From Granulicella sp. (GTDB taxonomy: Bacteria > Acidobacteriota > Terriglobia > Terriglobales > Acidobacteriaceae): DNA of 64,000 nt. Below, piece after piece: positions 31,882 to 42,297 of this stretch (its first letter is position 1; each line of letters opens with the position of its first letter). A program made the position numbers and the translations under genes. A model generated the notes under the pieces. The model was given only the letters and a program-made list of their open reading frames with translations, had not been told where the DNA came from and made no database searches. Location of the stretch: contig DAHWNL010000049.1 in NCBI GenBank assembly GCA_027339965.1, positions 30,542 to 94,541 on the forward strand, read 5' to 3'.

Positions 31882-34722
31882 ATGCGGAAGCGCTTCCGAT
31901 GTCTGCTGCTGGTTTGCCTGCTTCTCTCTTGCTGCAGAGCAAGCCGTGGCGATGCCCGCTTTGACCTGATCGGCCCGAAAATCGACGTTCGGGTAACACG
32001 CGGTGATCAGACGGTGCCCATCGCCTCGGTGCCCAGCCTCCTGCCCGGCGACAAGATCTGGATTCATCCTGAACTTCCCGCCTCGCAGTCGGTTCGTTAC
32101 CTTCTGGTCGTTGTCTTTCTTCGTGGTACGACTAATCCTCCGCCGCCAGCCTGGTTTCATCGGATCGACACATGGGAGCACAATGTTCGCCTCGAGGGAG
32201 CCACGGTTACGGTTCCCGCGGAAGCTGAACAGGCCCTGATGTTCCTGGCCCCCGCCACGGGTGGAGACTTCAAAACGCTCCGCGCGGCAGTGCGCGGACT
32301 CCCCGGCGCGTTCGTACGCTCCTCGCAAGACCTGTTCAATGCCGGCCTGGAGGAAGGACGCATTGAGAAGTACATTGCCTCCATCCGCCGCGTTCCTCCC
32401 TCGGACCCTACCAGTCTGCTCGATCACTCCAACCTGCTGGCTCGCACCCTTGAACTGCAGCCGAATGAAAACTGCTTCAAGGAGCCGGTCGATATGCAGT
32501 TCACCTGCCTGACCCAAAGCGGTTCCCAGATTGTGCTTGGCGGTGGGGGAGGACAGACCATCAACAGCCTCCTGAGCGGGTCTACGGCAGATCTAATCAA
32601 CCAGGCGAGCTACGCACCTGCCGCCGGTGGCGGCCTCTACTCCGCCTATGTCGGCGCCATCGTCGACGTCGTCAAAATTATGGGCAATCTGCACACCGCC
32701 CAATATCAGTACATTCCCGCGATCAGCCTGCCGCAGGACGATGCCATGAACCTGCGTTTGAACACGCCGCCTTCCTTTGAAAATCCAAAGTCGGTGCTGG
32801 TCATCGCGCTTCCTCCGGTAAAGCCCACCACCGGTCCGGCCCTGCGCCCGCCGGCAGGCAGCGAGGTCACCTGTCTCCTCAAGCCAACCGTCGTCATCCC
32901 TATCGAAGGATCGGCGCTGGTCTTTTCCACGGACTATGCGCATGACCTCCGCCTGCACCTTGAACCGCCGCCAGGCGCTCCGCAGGAGCCCGATATTCCA
33001 CTCTCTCCGGATGCTTACTACGGCGGTCTCGTCTTGCAAAAAGACCCACAGCATCGCATGCCGCTGGAGCTCGCGGCGGCAAAACCCTCCGGTCGGGTGA
33101 GTTCACCAGCCCGGCCGACCAAACCGGAACCGATTCTGATCACCGCAGAGATCAAGGGCCGCTGGGGCTTCGATGACTTTTCCGGCCCGAAGGTGACGCT
33201 GCAGCAACGTCCAGGCTCCGATTGGACGATCGTTCCACAAACGGATAAATCCGTTTCGTCACAAGATGCCCAACGTGAGCCGACCTATGATCTGATTGCC
33301 GGCCACACCGCCACCCTCCTGCTGGACTCCACAGGCTCAGCCTGCGTTGACAGCATCTCTGCGCATCCCGACGGGCAAGCTCCTTTTCCAGTTACGTTCA
33401 AGCGTACTCCCAAACCGGGCGACTTGAATCTCTTGGCCATTACACTACCCCTCAACCAAAATGTCACTCCAGGCGATCTGCACCTTTCCATTCAACAGTA
33501 CGGTCAACCCGCAGCGGACGAAGTGGCTGCACGAACCTTCTCCGAGCCGGCTACGGTCACCGGCATCGAACTCCATGCTCATGACAAGATTCTGGTCGTC
33601 AGAGGCACGCGGCTCAGAGAGATTCAGAAGATCACGGTCGGCGACCTGGTCTTTTTGCCCGCCCCTGACCCCTCCCACGACATTCAACCGACAGGTTCAT
33701 CCAGCCCCGGAACCCTGCATTTTTCCCTGCCGGCAAGCGCGCCCGTTCCACCTACCTCCGTTAATCAGGCGCTGGTCGCCAGTCTCTCGCTTCGCGACTC
33801 TCGTTCGCTCACCTTTCCGTTTACGGTAATGCCACCCCGCCCGGTCATCACGCTGCTGCGCAAAACGGAGCTTCCCGAGGCAAAAGACTCCAACATCTAC
33901 CTCTCAAACTCGGAAGATCTCCCGCTCACATCGCTTCTCACCTTTACGATCAAGAGCCAGGAACGCTTTCCACGCAACGGCCAGTTGGAGATTGAGACGC
34001 TTGACGGCACCCTTCGCACGGTTCTGACGCTGGCGCCCTCGGGCGGACTGCTACTGCAAGACCCTTATACGGTAGTGGCTACTTTGGATCCGCAAAGCTC
34101 CTTCGGACCAAGCGCTTTTGGTCCGCTGCGGATGCGAGCCATCTTCCCGATGGTCATCGGCTCCACCAATGGCCGCCGCGCGGCCGCCACAGCAACCGCT
34201 GTTGCAGATAGCTCTACCGGCGATGTCTCCACCCCAACCAGCGATTGGCTGCCCTTGGTAACCCTGGTTCGGTTACCCATCCTAACCCAGCTTCAGTGTC
34301 CTCCCGACGCGAAAGAGCCCTGCATCTTAGCTGGCTATAACCTCTTCCTTCTGCAGTCGGTTGCGGCCAATCCGGAGTTTACAGACCCGGTGCAAGTTCC
34401 AGACGGCTACACGGGCACAACTCTCTCGGTGCCTCGCCCCACGGCTGGAACGCTCTTCTTCAAGCTGCGCGATGATCCCAGCAGCATGGACTCGGCCGTG
34501 ATGGCGCAACCTGAACCGGTGAGCGCCCACGATCATCAGGTCGGCAAAGAAAAGGAGACATCTCCGGGCGTTCCCGTGGCAGAGCCGTCCCAGAGCGCAC
34601 TTCCTACGGCCCCTCCCTCCGCGCCTTCAAACGCCCAGCCCACACCCCCTGCTTCCATCACGCAGCCATCTTCTGGAATGCAACCGCCTGGAAGCGAGCA
34701 GACAGGGGCACCAAGAGCATGA
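31882..34722 (+). CDS. Large secreted hypothetical protein with Pro/Ser-rich tail
   Basis: 946-aa ORF, SD AGGAG, signal-peptide-like N-terminus, no catalytic motif recognised. Confidence 0.8.
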   Translation: MRKRFRCLLLVCLLLSCCRASRGDARFDLIGPKIDVRVTRGDQTVPIASVPSLLPGDKIWIHPELPASQSVRYLLVVVFLRGTTNPPPPAWFHRIDTWEHNVRLEGATVTVPAEAEQALMFLAPATGGDFKTLRAAVRGLPGAFVRSSQDLFNAGLEEGRIEKYIASIRRVPPSDPTSLLDHSNLLARTLELQPNENCFKEPVDMQFTCLTQSGSQIVLGGGGGQTINSLLSGSTADLINQASYAPAAGGGLYSAYVGAIVDVVKIMGNLHTAQYQYIPAISLPQDDAMNLRLNTPPSFENPKSVLVIALPPVKPTTGPALRPPAGSEVTCLLKPTVVIPIEGSALVFSTDYAHDLRLHLEPPPGAPQEPDIPLSPDAYYGGLVLQKDPQHRMPLELAAAKPSGRVSSPARPTKPEPILITAEIKGRWGFDDFSGPKVTLQQRPGSDWTIVPQTDKSVSSQDAQREPTYDLIAGHTATLLLDSTGSACVDSISAHPDGQAPFPVTFKRTPKPGDLNLLAITLPLNQNVTPGDLHLSIQQYGQPAADEVAARTFSEPATVTGIELHAHDKILVVRGTRLREIQKITVGDLVFLPAPDPSHDIQPTGSSSPGTLHFSLPASAPVPPTSVNQALVASLSLRDSRSLTFPFTVMPPRPVITLLRKTELPEAKDSNIYLSNSEDLPLTSLLTFTIKSQERFPRNGQLEIETLDGTLRTVLTLAPSGGLLLQDPYTVVATLDPQSSFGPSAFGPLRMRAIFPMVIGSTNGRRAAATATAVADSSTGDVSTPTSDWLPLVTLVRLPILTQLQCPPDAKEPCILAGYNLFLLQSVAANPEFTDPVQVPDGYTGTTLSVPRPTAGTLFFKLRDDPSSMDSAVMAQPEPVSAHDHQVGKEKETSPGVPVAEPSQSALPTAPPSAPSNAQPTPPASITQPSSGMQPPGSEQTGAPRA

Positions 34723-34922
34723 TCCTCCTCGTCAACTTGTCTGGGAAGCCAACCTAATCTGTGAAGAGCGCTGTAAGCCCGGCACCTTCTGGTTCCTTCC
34801 TGGGCGAGCGCCGCAACTCTTTGCCAAATCTTGCCAGTGGCCTCTTGGTTGCAGAGGTACTTCTTTTCGATGAAGAGACGTACCCATATGGAGGCGATAC
34901 GCGGAAGATCGGGGGACGGGAC

Positions 34923-36473
34923 TTAATCCCCGGCGTCGGGCTCTGGCTTCTGCGACTCCAGCCCCAACTTCTGCACCTTACTGTGCGTCACGCTGTACGT
35001 GAAGTAAATCACCAGACCAATCACCAGCCAGGCCAGCACCACGACCTTGGTCAGCATGGGCAAACTCCAGATCAGATAGAGCGCGCTGAGAATGCCCAGG
35101 ATCGGTACCAGCGGCACCAACGGCGTCCTGAAAGGACGGTGCAGGTGCGGATTCCTGCGCCGCAGAATCCAGACCCCCGCGCAGACAATTCCAAAGGCCA
35201 GCAGCGTCCCCATATTCACCAGTTCGCTCAACTTGTCGATGGGCAACAGCGCCGGCATGAACGCGACGATTACCCCTACGACGATGTTCGAGATCCAGGG
35301 TGTACGGAACCTGGGGTGGATCGCGCTGGCCCACTTCCACAACAAACCATCCTTGGACATCGAGAAGAAGACCCTGGACTGCCCCAACAACATCACCAGC
35401 ATCACCGTCCCCAACCCAAAGACCGCTCCAATCTTGACCAGGATGGAACCCCAAACCACCCCGGTCGCATCGATCCCGATAGCCACCGGGTCCGCGACGT
35501 TCAACGAACGGTAGTTCACCAGCCCCGTCAACACTGCGGAGACCAGGATGTAAAGTAGTGTGCAGATCACTAGTGAGCCCAGGATTCCAATGGGCATATC
35601 CCGCTGCGGATTCTTTGCCTCCTGCGCCGCCGTCGAGACGGCGTCAAAGCCGATGTAGGCGAAAAAGATCGAAGCTGCACCTGCGGTAATGCCTCCGATC
35701 CCAAATGCTCCCGGTCCCTGGCTGGCCGGGATGAACGGATGCCAGTTGGACCGCGCCAGCGTGGGGTGGTGCACGAGAAAAGCGACACCTATCGCCAGGA
35801 AGATAAAGACGACCGCCAGCTTCACCATGACGATTGCCGAGTTCAGATTCGCCGACTCCTCGATCCCAATCACCAGCACCGCCGTGATGACCAGGATGGC
35901 CAGAAAAGCCACCAGGTCAAAAACTCCTGTTACCTGCGGCAGACCGGCCGATCGAACCCCTGCGGGCAGCGATGCAATGGGAATCCAGTGGTCCCGATAG
36001 AGACACAACACATTGCCGGGCGTGGTGGTGAACCTGGGCGGAAGATGAATATGGAAGTCCTGCAGCAGCCCGACAAGGTAACCGCTCCAGCCGGAGGCGA
36101 CGGTTGCCGCACCAAAGGCGTACTCCAGCACAAGATCCCAGCCGATGATCCAGGCCACAAACTCGCCCAAAGTGGCGTAGCCATAGGTGTAAGCGGAACC
36201 TGCAATCGGAATCAGTGAGGCAAACTCCGCATAACAAAGTCCGGCGAAGGCGCAGGTAATCCCCGCCAGGATAAAGCTCAAGACCACCGCCGGGCCGGCG
36301 TGTTTGGCTGCCGCCTGCCCAGTCAGGACGAAGATTCCTGCTCCGATGATCGCGCCAATGCCCAGCGTAATCAGGTTCAATGGCCCTAGAGCCCGCTTGA
36401 GTCCCACTTCTCCCTCATTCTCGGACTCTTTCAGCAAGACGGACAAAGGTTTCACCGCGAGCAGATTCGCCAT
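34923..36473 (-). CDS. Amino acid permease (APC superfamily, CAT-like)
   Basis: LGIGAIIGAGIFV, CYAEFAS, GSAYTY, FAYIGFDAV, IHPRFRTP. Confidence 0.95.
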   Translation of the reverse strand: MANLLAVKPLSVLLKESENEGEVGLKRALGPLNLITLGIGAIIGAGIFVLTGQAAAKHAGPAVVLSFILAGITCAFAGLCYAEFASLIPIAGSAYTYGYATLGEFVAWIIGWDLVLEYAFGAATVASGWSGYLVGLLQDFHIHLPPRFTTTPGNVLCLYRDHWIPIASLPAGVRSAGLPQVTGVFDLVAFLAILVITAVLVIGIEESANLNSAIVMVKLAVVFIFLAIGVAFLVHHPTLARSNWHPFIPASQGPGAFGIGGITAGAASIFFAYIGFDAVSTAAQEAKNPQRDMPIGILGSLVICTLLYILVSAVLTGLVNYRSLNVADPVAIGIDATGVVWGSILVKIGAVFGLGTVMLVMLLGQSRVFFSMSKDGLLWKWASAIHPRFRTPWISNIVVGVIVAFMPALLPIDKLSELVNMGTLLAFGIVCAGVWILRRRNPHLHRPFRTPLVPLVPILGILSALYLIWSLPMLTKVVVLAWLVIGLVIYFTYSVTHSKVQKLGLESQKPEPDAGD

Positions 36474-36512
36474 TCTCTCCCCTTCTCTCCCAACACTGGT
36501 TCGATCAGGCGC

Positions 36513-38102
36513 CTACTCAGCGTTCTGACTCTCTGAATCCAAGCCTACCTGACCCCCTCGTCCCGATCTCGTCCAGAGCGCATAGACCGGAACCCCCGAC
36601 AGTACCAAAAACAAACCCGGCCAGGTAAACTGCGGCTTGTATCGCAACAAGACCCCACAGATCCATACCGCCAATACTATATAAAGCGCTGGAAGCAGGG
36701 GATATCCTACAGCTTTATAAGGCCGGTCCGCCTCCGGTCGGGCTCTGCGCAGCACGAACAGTCCGCTGATGGTGAGCACATAAAAGACCAGCACAGCAAA
36801 GATCACATAGTCCAGCAACTGAGAGTAACTCCCGCTCAAACACAGCAAGCTGGCCCAGCTCCACTGCATCCACAAGGAGGAAACCGGCGTTGCGGTCCTC
36901 CTGCTCAACCGGCCTGCGCTCTTGAAGAAAAGGCCATCCTGGCTCATCGCGTAGTAGACCCGGGCGCCGGCCAGCAACAGGCCGTTCATGCAGCCAAAGG
37001 TTGAGACCAGGATCACCGCGGCCATCAGCTTCGCGCCTGTCCCGGAAAACGCAGATTGCATCACCGCCGTGGCCACCCGGTCCCCGGTGGCGAATTGAAC
37101 TCCTCGCCCAGCCAGCGTGGCCGCTGCCGGGTCTCCCCGCAACGGCAGAACCGTGAGATAGACAAAGTTACATGCGATGTACAGCAGCAGCACCAAACTG
37201 GTTCCAATGGCCAGGGAAAGAGGCAGATTCCGGCGTGGATCGCGAATCTCCCCTGCCGTGAAGGTCACATTGTTCCATGAATCTGAGCTAAAGAGACTTC
37301 CAACCTGCACCACGGCGATCACGGTAAGCACGCCGACGTACGCTGTCGGCCCACCGATACCCACCTGGAGCGCATGAGCTGTATGCCAGCCGGAGTTCGC
37401 CCAGAATTGATGCCAGCCGGAGCCAAAGTTGGCTGCGATGGCAGTGGCGCTGCGGGCCACCATCCCCACCACCACGACACCCAGCAGCGCGATCACCTTG
37501 GCACTGGTAAAGATGTTCTGCACCGCTGCTCCCAGCTTCACTCCTCGGGTATTGCTGAGGGTAAGCAACGTGATGACCACAATCGCCGCCAGATTCGCCG
37601 TGCTGAGCCCAATCTGTATATTGCCCAACACCATCGGCCCCACATGCCACGCCGGCACATGTCCGATGTGCCACAGCCAGCGGCGGTCGCTGACGCCTGG
37701 CCAAAAGACCCCCAAAAACTTCGCAAACGCCATCCCCACAGCCGCAATCGTTCCGGTCTGGATCACCAGAAACAGCGTCCATCCGTAGAGAAATCCCCAA
37801 ATCGGGCCCAGAGCTTCGCGCAGATACACATATTGGCCGCCAGCCTGGGGCATCATCGCGGCCAACTCGCCGTAGCTGAGGGCTCCGATGACCGTCATCA
37901 CGGCCGTCACCAGCCAAGCCAAAATCAACAGCGCGGGTGATCCCAAGGTCCGGCTCATGTCCGCCGGCACGATAAAGATACCTGAACCGATCATTGAGCC
38001 CATCACGATGGCCGTGGCGGAAAACAGCCCCATCCCGTGCACAAACTTAGGCGCAGTGCCATTCGAAGGCTGAACTATGGCTGAAGAAACTTGCGGCGTC
38101 AC
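36513..38102 (-). CDS. Amino acid permease (APC superfamily, LAT-like)
   Basis: MGSMIGSGIF, YGELAAMMPQAGGQYVYL, GARVYYAMSQDG, RPYK. Confidence 0.94.
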   Translation of the reverse strand: MTPQVSSAIVQPSNGTAPKFVHGMGLFSATAIVMGSMIGSGIFIVPADMSRTLGSPALLILAWLVTAVMTVIGALSYGELAAMMPQAGGQYVYLREALGPIWGFLYGWTLFLVIQTGTIAAVGMAFAKFLGVFWPGVSDRRWLWHIGHVPAWHVGPMVLGNIQIGLSTANLAAIVVITLLTLSNTRGVKLGAAVQNIFTSAKVIALLGVVVVGMVARSATAIAANFGSGWHQFWANSGWHTAHALQVGIGGPTAYVGVLTVIAVVQVGSLFSSDSWNNVTFTAGEIRDPRRNLPLSLAIGTSLVLLLYIACNFVYLTVLPLRGDPAAATLAGRGVQFATGDRVATAVMQSAFSGTGAKLMAAVILVSTFGCMNGLLLAGARVYYAMSQDGLFFKSAGRLSRRTATPVSSLWMQWSWASLLCLSGSYSQLLDYVIFAVLVFYVLTISGLFVLRRARPEADRPYKAVGYPLLPALYIVLAVWICGVLLRYKPQFTWPGLFLVLSGVPVYALWTRSGRGGQVGLDSESQNAE

Positions 38103-38193
38103 GTCTCACAACCTTATCGAAATCCGCGGCAGAGCGCCACTTCCATCCTGTCAGACCCACGCAACACCACCGCGGGAGCTCAGACTCTCATTG

Positions 38194-38823
38194 TCATCCT
38201 CGTAGCTCGGCCAGCCACTCACGAGCCATCTGGCCGGGTTGCGCGCCGGGCGTCAGCAATGCCCCAATGACAGCCACGGAGTCGGCCCCCGCAGCGATCA
38301 CGCTGGCCGCGTTGAACCGCGTGATGCCCCCGATCGCCACTAGCGGCTTGGATGTCATCGCGCGCGCACGCCGCACACCCTCCAGACCCACCACCGGCTC
38401 CAAATCCGCCTTGGAAACTGTGGCAAAAACGGGTCCCACAGCGACATAGTCCGCTGCGCCGGCGTTGGCGGCCATCATCTGGGCCGCATCATGAGTCGAA
38501 ACCCCAATCACACATTCCCGCCCGCCCATCCTCTGGCGCACCACATCCGGGCTTGCATCCAGGTGCCCTACATGCACCCCCCAACCAAGTTCGCGGGCCA
38601 ATTCGAGACGGTCATTCAGGATGAAAAGACACTCTTGACCCGCGAATTGAACTGCTATCTCGCGCGCCGCGCCCAGCACCTCTTCGTCGGATCGCAGCTT
38701 GTCTCGATATTGAAGCACCCCAACTCCGGCCTGTGCCATCTCCCTGGCAAAATCTGTCACGCCTATGCCTCGGGCGTTCAACGATGCCCAATCGGCGATC
38801 GGATACAACCTTGGCAGCTTCAT
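38194..38823 (-). CDS. thiE: Thiamine-phosphate synthase (start moved to ATG 38823)
   Basis: LQYRDK, ILNDR, GVSTH, DYVAVGPVFATVSK, VAIGGIT. Confidence 0.9.
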   Translation of the reverse strand: MKLPRLYPIADWASLNARGIGVTDFAREMAQAGVGVLQYRDKLRSDEEVLGAAREIAVQFAGQECLFILNDRLELARELGWGVHVGHLDASPDVVRQRMGGRECVIGVSTHDAAQMMAANAGAADYVAVGPVFATVSKADLEPVVGLEGVRRARAMTSKPLVAIGGITRFNAASVIAAGADSVAVIGALLTPGAQPGQMAREWLAELRG

Positions 38824-38830
38824 CCCCACT

Positions 38831-40192
38831 TCAGCCTCGCGCAGCTCTTTCGCGCTCCAGGAACCGCTCCATGAACTTGGTGTCAAACCTGCCCGCTCGG
38901 AATTCCTCATCCGCAAATATTCGCTGATGCAGTGGAATCGAGGTATGGATTCCTTCCACCACAAACTGGCTCAGCGCACGCTGCATCTTGTTCATCGCCT
39001 CTTCGCGGTCTTTGCCATGACAGATCAGCTTGGCAATCATAGAGTCATAGTACTGTGGCACCACACCCTCGGCATACTGCGCCGTGTCCACGCGTACCCC
39101 GTTGCCTCCCGGCAGGTTGAATACGGAGATCCTGCCGGGGCTGGGCATGAACTTCACCGGATCCTCGGCGTTGATCCTGCACTCGATGGCATGACCGATC
39201 GTCTTGACAGGCTCGGGCACAATCTCTCCCAGCTTCTCCCCTGCGGCGATGCGCAACTGTGCCTTCACCAGATCCAAACCGGTCACCATCTCGGTGACGC
39301 AGTGCTCTACCTGAATGCGAGTATTCATCTCGATGAAGTAGATGGAGCCATCTTCATCCATCAGAAACTCGATGGTTCCAGCGTTCCAGTAGCCGATGTC
39401 CTTCATCGATCGCCTGATCAGATCACCCATCTTCTCCCGTTGCTTCGGGGTTACTTGCAGACTCGGCGCCTCCTCGATCAGCTTCTGATGGCGACGCTGA
39501 ATGGAGCACTCGCGCTCGCCCAAGCTGATGACGTTGCCATGCTCGTCGGCCAGCACCTGAAACTCGATATGCCGTGGGCGCTCAATGAACTTCTCCATGT
39601 ATAGCGCACCATTCGAGAAGGCGTTCAGCGCTTCGTGGGAGGCCTGCTGGAACAGTGACGGCAGATCTTCCTTGCTGCGGCAGATTCGCATCCCCCGACC
39701 GCCACCGCCGGCTACGGCCTTCAACATCACCGGGTAGCCGACCGTCTCGGCCCACTCCAGCGCTGACTCAACGCTCCTGATCGCCCCTTCACTGCCGGGC
39801 AGAATCGGGACTTTGGCCTTCTTCATCGTCTGCCGGGCGGTGGCCTTCTCTCCCATCACGCGAATCAACTCCGGCCGCGGTCCAATGAATTTTATGTTCG
39901 ATGCCCGGCAAACCTCGGCGAAGTTTGCATTTTCGCTCAGCATCCCATACCCCGGGTGAATGGCCTCGGCGCCAACGATCTCGGCGGCTGCGATCACCGC
40001 CGGAATATTCAGATAACTGTCTTTGGATGGTGGCGGTCCGATGCAGACCGCTTCGTCGGCAAAGCGCACGTGCAGGCTGTGGCGGTCGGCCTCCGAGTAG
40101 ACAGCGACCGTGCGGATTCCCATCTCCTTGCACGCGCTGATCACGCGCAGCGCAATCTCACCCCGGTTGGCAATCAAAACCTTACGAAACAT
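38831..40192 (-). CDS. accC: Acetyl-CoA carboxylase, biotin carboxylase subunit
   Basis: [44 protein letters not shown]. Confidence 0.97.
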   Translation of the reverse strand: MFRKVLIANRGEIALRVISACKEMGIRTVAVYSEADRHSLHVRFADEAVCIGPPPSKDSYLNIPAVIAAAEIVGAEAIHPGYGMLSENANFAEVCRASNIKFIGPRPELIRVMGEKATARQTMKKAKVPILPGSEGAIRSVESALEWAETVGYPVMLKAVAGGGGRGMRICRSKEDLPSLFQQASHEALNAFSNGALYMEKFIERPRHIEFQVLADEHGNVISLGERECSIQRRHQKLIEEAPSLQVTPKQREKMGDLIRRSMKDIGYWNAGTIEFLMDEDGSIYFIEMNTRIQVEHCVTEMVTGLDLVKAQLRIAAGEKLGEIVPEPVKTIGHAIECRINAEDPVKFMPSPGRISVFNLPGGNGVRVDTAQYAEGVVPQYYDSMIAKLICHGKDREEAMNKMQRALSQFVVEGIHTSIPLHQRIFADEEFRAGRFDTKFMERFLERERAARG

Positions 40193-40300
40193 GCTTCAAC
40201 CTTGTCTTTGGAAGTTTCCGTATTCTCGTTAGCAGCAGACATCGAACCCGGCGGCGTCTACCGTTGCACGCAAGGCGTTGGTCGGCGCCAAGGGCAGACC

Positions 40301-40894
40301 TTACTTGATCGCAAACAGCGGCTGTCCGTACTCCACCGGCTGCCCACGCTTCACGAAGACATGCGCAATCGTTCCGGCGGCGTCGCTCTCAATTTCGTTC
40401 ATCAGCTTCATCGCCTCTACGATGCAAAGGACCTTGCCAACCGTAACCGTATCGCCAACCTGTGCGAATGGCTGCGCATCCGGCGATGGGGTGTCGTAGA
40501 AGGTGCCCACGATGGGAGATTTGACGATATGCGCCCCAGCCCATGGATCAGCCTCAGCCGCCAGAGGGGCTGCTGGAGCCGCCGCAGCGGCGATACTCAC
40601 CGTCTCGGGTACAGCCGCCCGCGCCGCGCCTGGAGCCGGGGCACCTTTGAGCGCGCTCCATAGCGCCGCCATCTGCAAGGCGTCCACTCCGGCAAAGGGC
40701 GCAGTCCCCGTGCTGACTGCGGACGTCGCACCCGTAGGCGCCTCGCCCGCAAAACGGAGCCCGACCTTGAGATCGGGGCGTTCCATCTCAAACTCTGCAA
40801 TCCCGTTTCCCTTGAGGAACGCAACCAGATCCTTCAACTCCTGCAAATCATTCCTTCCTGCTTCCGCCATACCGTCCCGCACCTCGACTTTCAT
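40301..40894 (-). CDS. accB: Biotin carboxyl carrier protein (alternative start 40870)
   Basis: SPIVGTFY, biotinylation motif EAMKLMNEI, Ala/Pro linker. Confidence 0.96.
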   Translation of the reverse strand: MKVEVRDGMAEAGRNDLQELKDLVAFLKGNGIAEFEMERPDLKVGLRFAGEAPTGATSAVSTGTAPFAGVDALQMAALWSALKGAPAPGAARAAVPETVSIAAAAAPAAPLAAEADPWAGAHIVKSPIVGTFYDTPSPDAQPFAQVGDTVTVGKVLCIVEAMKLMNEIESDAAGTIAHVFVKRGQPVEYGQPLFAIK

Positions 40895-41017
40895 CTTCTT
40901 GTTCTACCATCTCCATCGTCCCAACGGGCCTCGTGAGCGGCATGGAAAAGGATCTCCGGGGCCGCCCCCGGCTTGGTATCTCGAAGGCCCGGAGCCTTTC
41001 CGTAGTGTGCTTTTGGA

Positions 41018-42187
41018 TCAGAGTTCAATCCAATCTTTGGGACTGGCCTCGGTGAGCACCTCGCACCCGCTGCGGGTCACTAGTACCATGTCTTCGATCC
41101 GTACTCCAAATCCATCCGTCCCCGAAACATCTCCTGCAGTGCGAGGACGTCCCTGCCGCGACACTCCGAGCTCCAGTGCGGCGTCGGCCGACTTTCGGGC
41201 CAGGTAGGCACCCGGCTCAATCGTGATCACCATTCCCGCTTCCAGCTTGTGTTCTTGTCCAGCAGCGATCCTTGGCCCCTCATGAATCTCCAGGCCCACT
41301 CCGTGACCGGTTGAGTGCGCAAAGGCCTTCTCCAGTCCCGCTCGACGCAGGACCGAGCGCGCCGCTTCATCAACCTCCGCACAGCGAACCCCCGCCCTTA
41401 CGGCCGCGATCGCAGCTTGTTGAGCTTCCAGCACGGAATGATACACCTCCCATTCTTGCTCCGTAGCCCGTCCCAGATGCACCGTCCGGGTCATATCCGA
41501 GCAGTAGCCATCCATCACGACCCCAAAGTCCAGAGTTACGAAACCCCGCGCCGGCAATCGGGCTGAAGTGGCTCGGCCGTGGGGCAGCGCGGATCGCTCC
41601 CCGCCGGCCACGATTGTCTCAAAGCTCATTGCCTCCGCTCCCGCCAGACGCGCCATGAACTCAAGCTGCGCCGCTACCTCAGCCTCCGTGGCAGATCGCG
41701 TTACATACTCGAGCACAGCGGCGAACAGTCCACACCCTACCGTGCAGGCTCGTCGAAGGCGCGCGACTTCGTCCTCCTCCTTAATTTGACGAAGCTCCGC
41801 CACCAGGCCGTCGGTGGGCAGAAAGAAGCCTCTCCTTAGTGGGCCGGGGAGAGCCTTCTTCATCCTCTCCAGTGACGCTACGGTAGTACGGCTAACATCA
41901 TATGCGCACGGCGCCCTACCCAAGGATGACAGCCACTCCGCCGCCTGGACCTCAGGTGGCCGCTTATCGATCACCACCCGCAGCCCCGCCGCCTCGGACC
42001 GAGCCTGTTCTGCGTAGCGCCCATCCGTAAACAGCGTGGCTCGCCCTCCCAGCAGCGCCACAGCCCCGCTGGAGCCGGTAAAACCACTCACGTAACGCAC
42101 ATCCGGACCATGCGTCACCAGCAGAGCTTTGGCGCCAGCCTTCTCGGCTGCCCGCATCGCCCGACTTCGCCGCAACCTCTCCCGCAT
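41018..42187 (-). CDS. Xaa-Pro aminopeptidase (M24B family)
   Basis: TDGRY, ALPHG, LDFG, YCSDMTRT, HSTGHGVGLEIHE, TIEPG, GVRIED. Confidence 0.95.
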   Translation of the reverse strand: MRERLRRSRAMRAAEKAGAKALLVTHGPDVRYVSGFTGSSGAVALLGGRATLFTDGRYAEQARSEAAGLRVVIDKRPPEVQAAEWLSSLGRAPCAYDVSRTTVASLERMKKALPGPLRRGFFLPTDGLVAELRQIKEEDEVARLRRACTVGCGLFAAVLEYVTRSATEAEVAAQLEFMARLAGAEAMSFETIVAGGERSALPHGRATSARLPARGFVTLDFGVVMDGYCSDMTRTVHLGRATEQEWEVYHSVLEAQQAAIAAVRAGVRCAEVDEAARSVLRRAGLEKAFAHSTGHGVGLEIHEGPRIAAGQEHKLEAGMVITIEPGAYLARKSADAALELGVSRQGRPRTAGDVSGTDGFGVRIEDMVLVTRSGCEVLTEASPKDWIEL

Positions 42188-42297
42188 CTGCCTATTCTAG
42201 AGCAGTTTCCGCCAACAAAACCCCGTCGCTCTTGTATGTCCCTGGTGACCTTCTGGTTTACCCCCATGGATCCCGAAACGAGCATCTAACATGAAAT

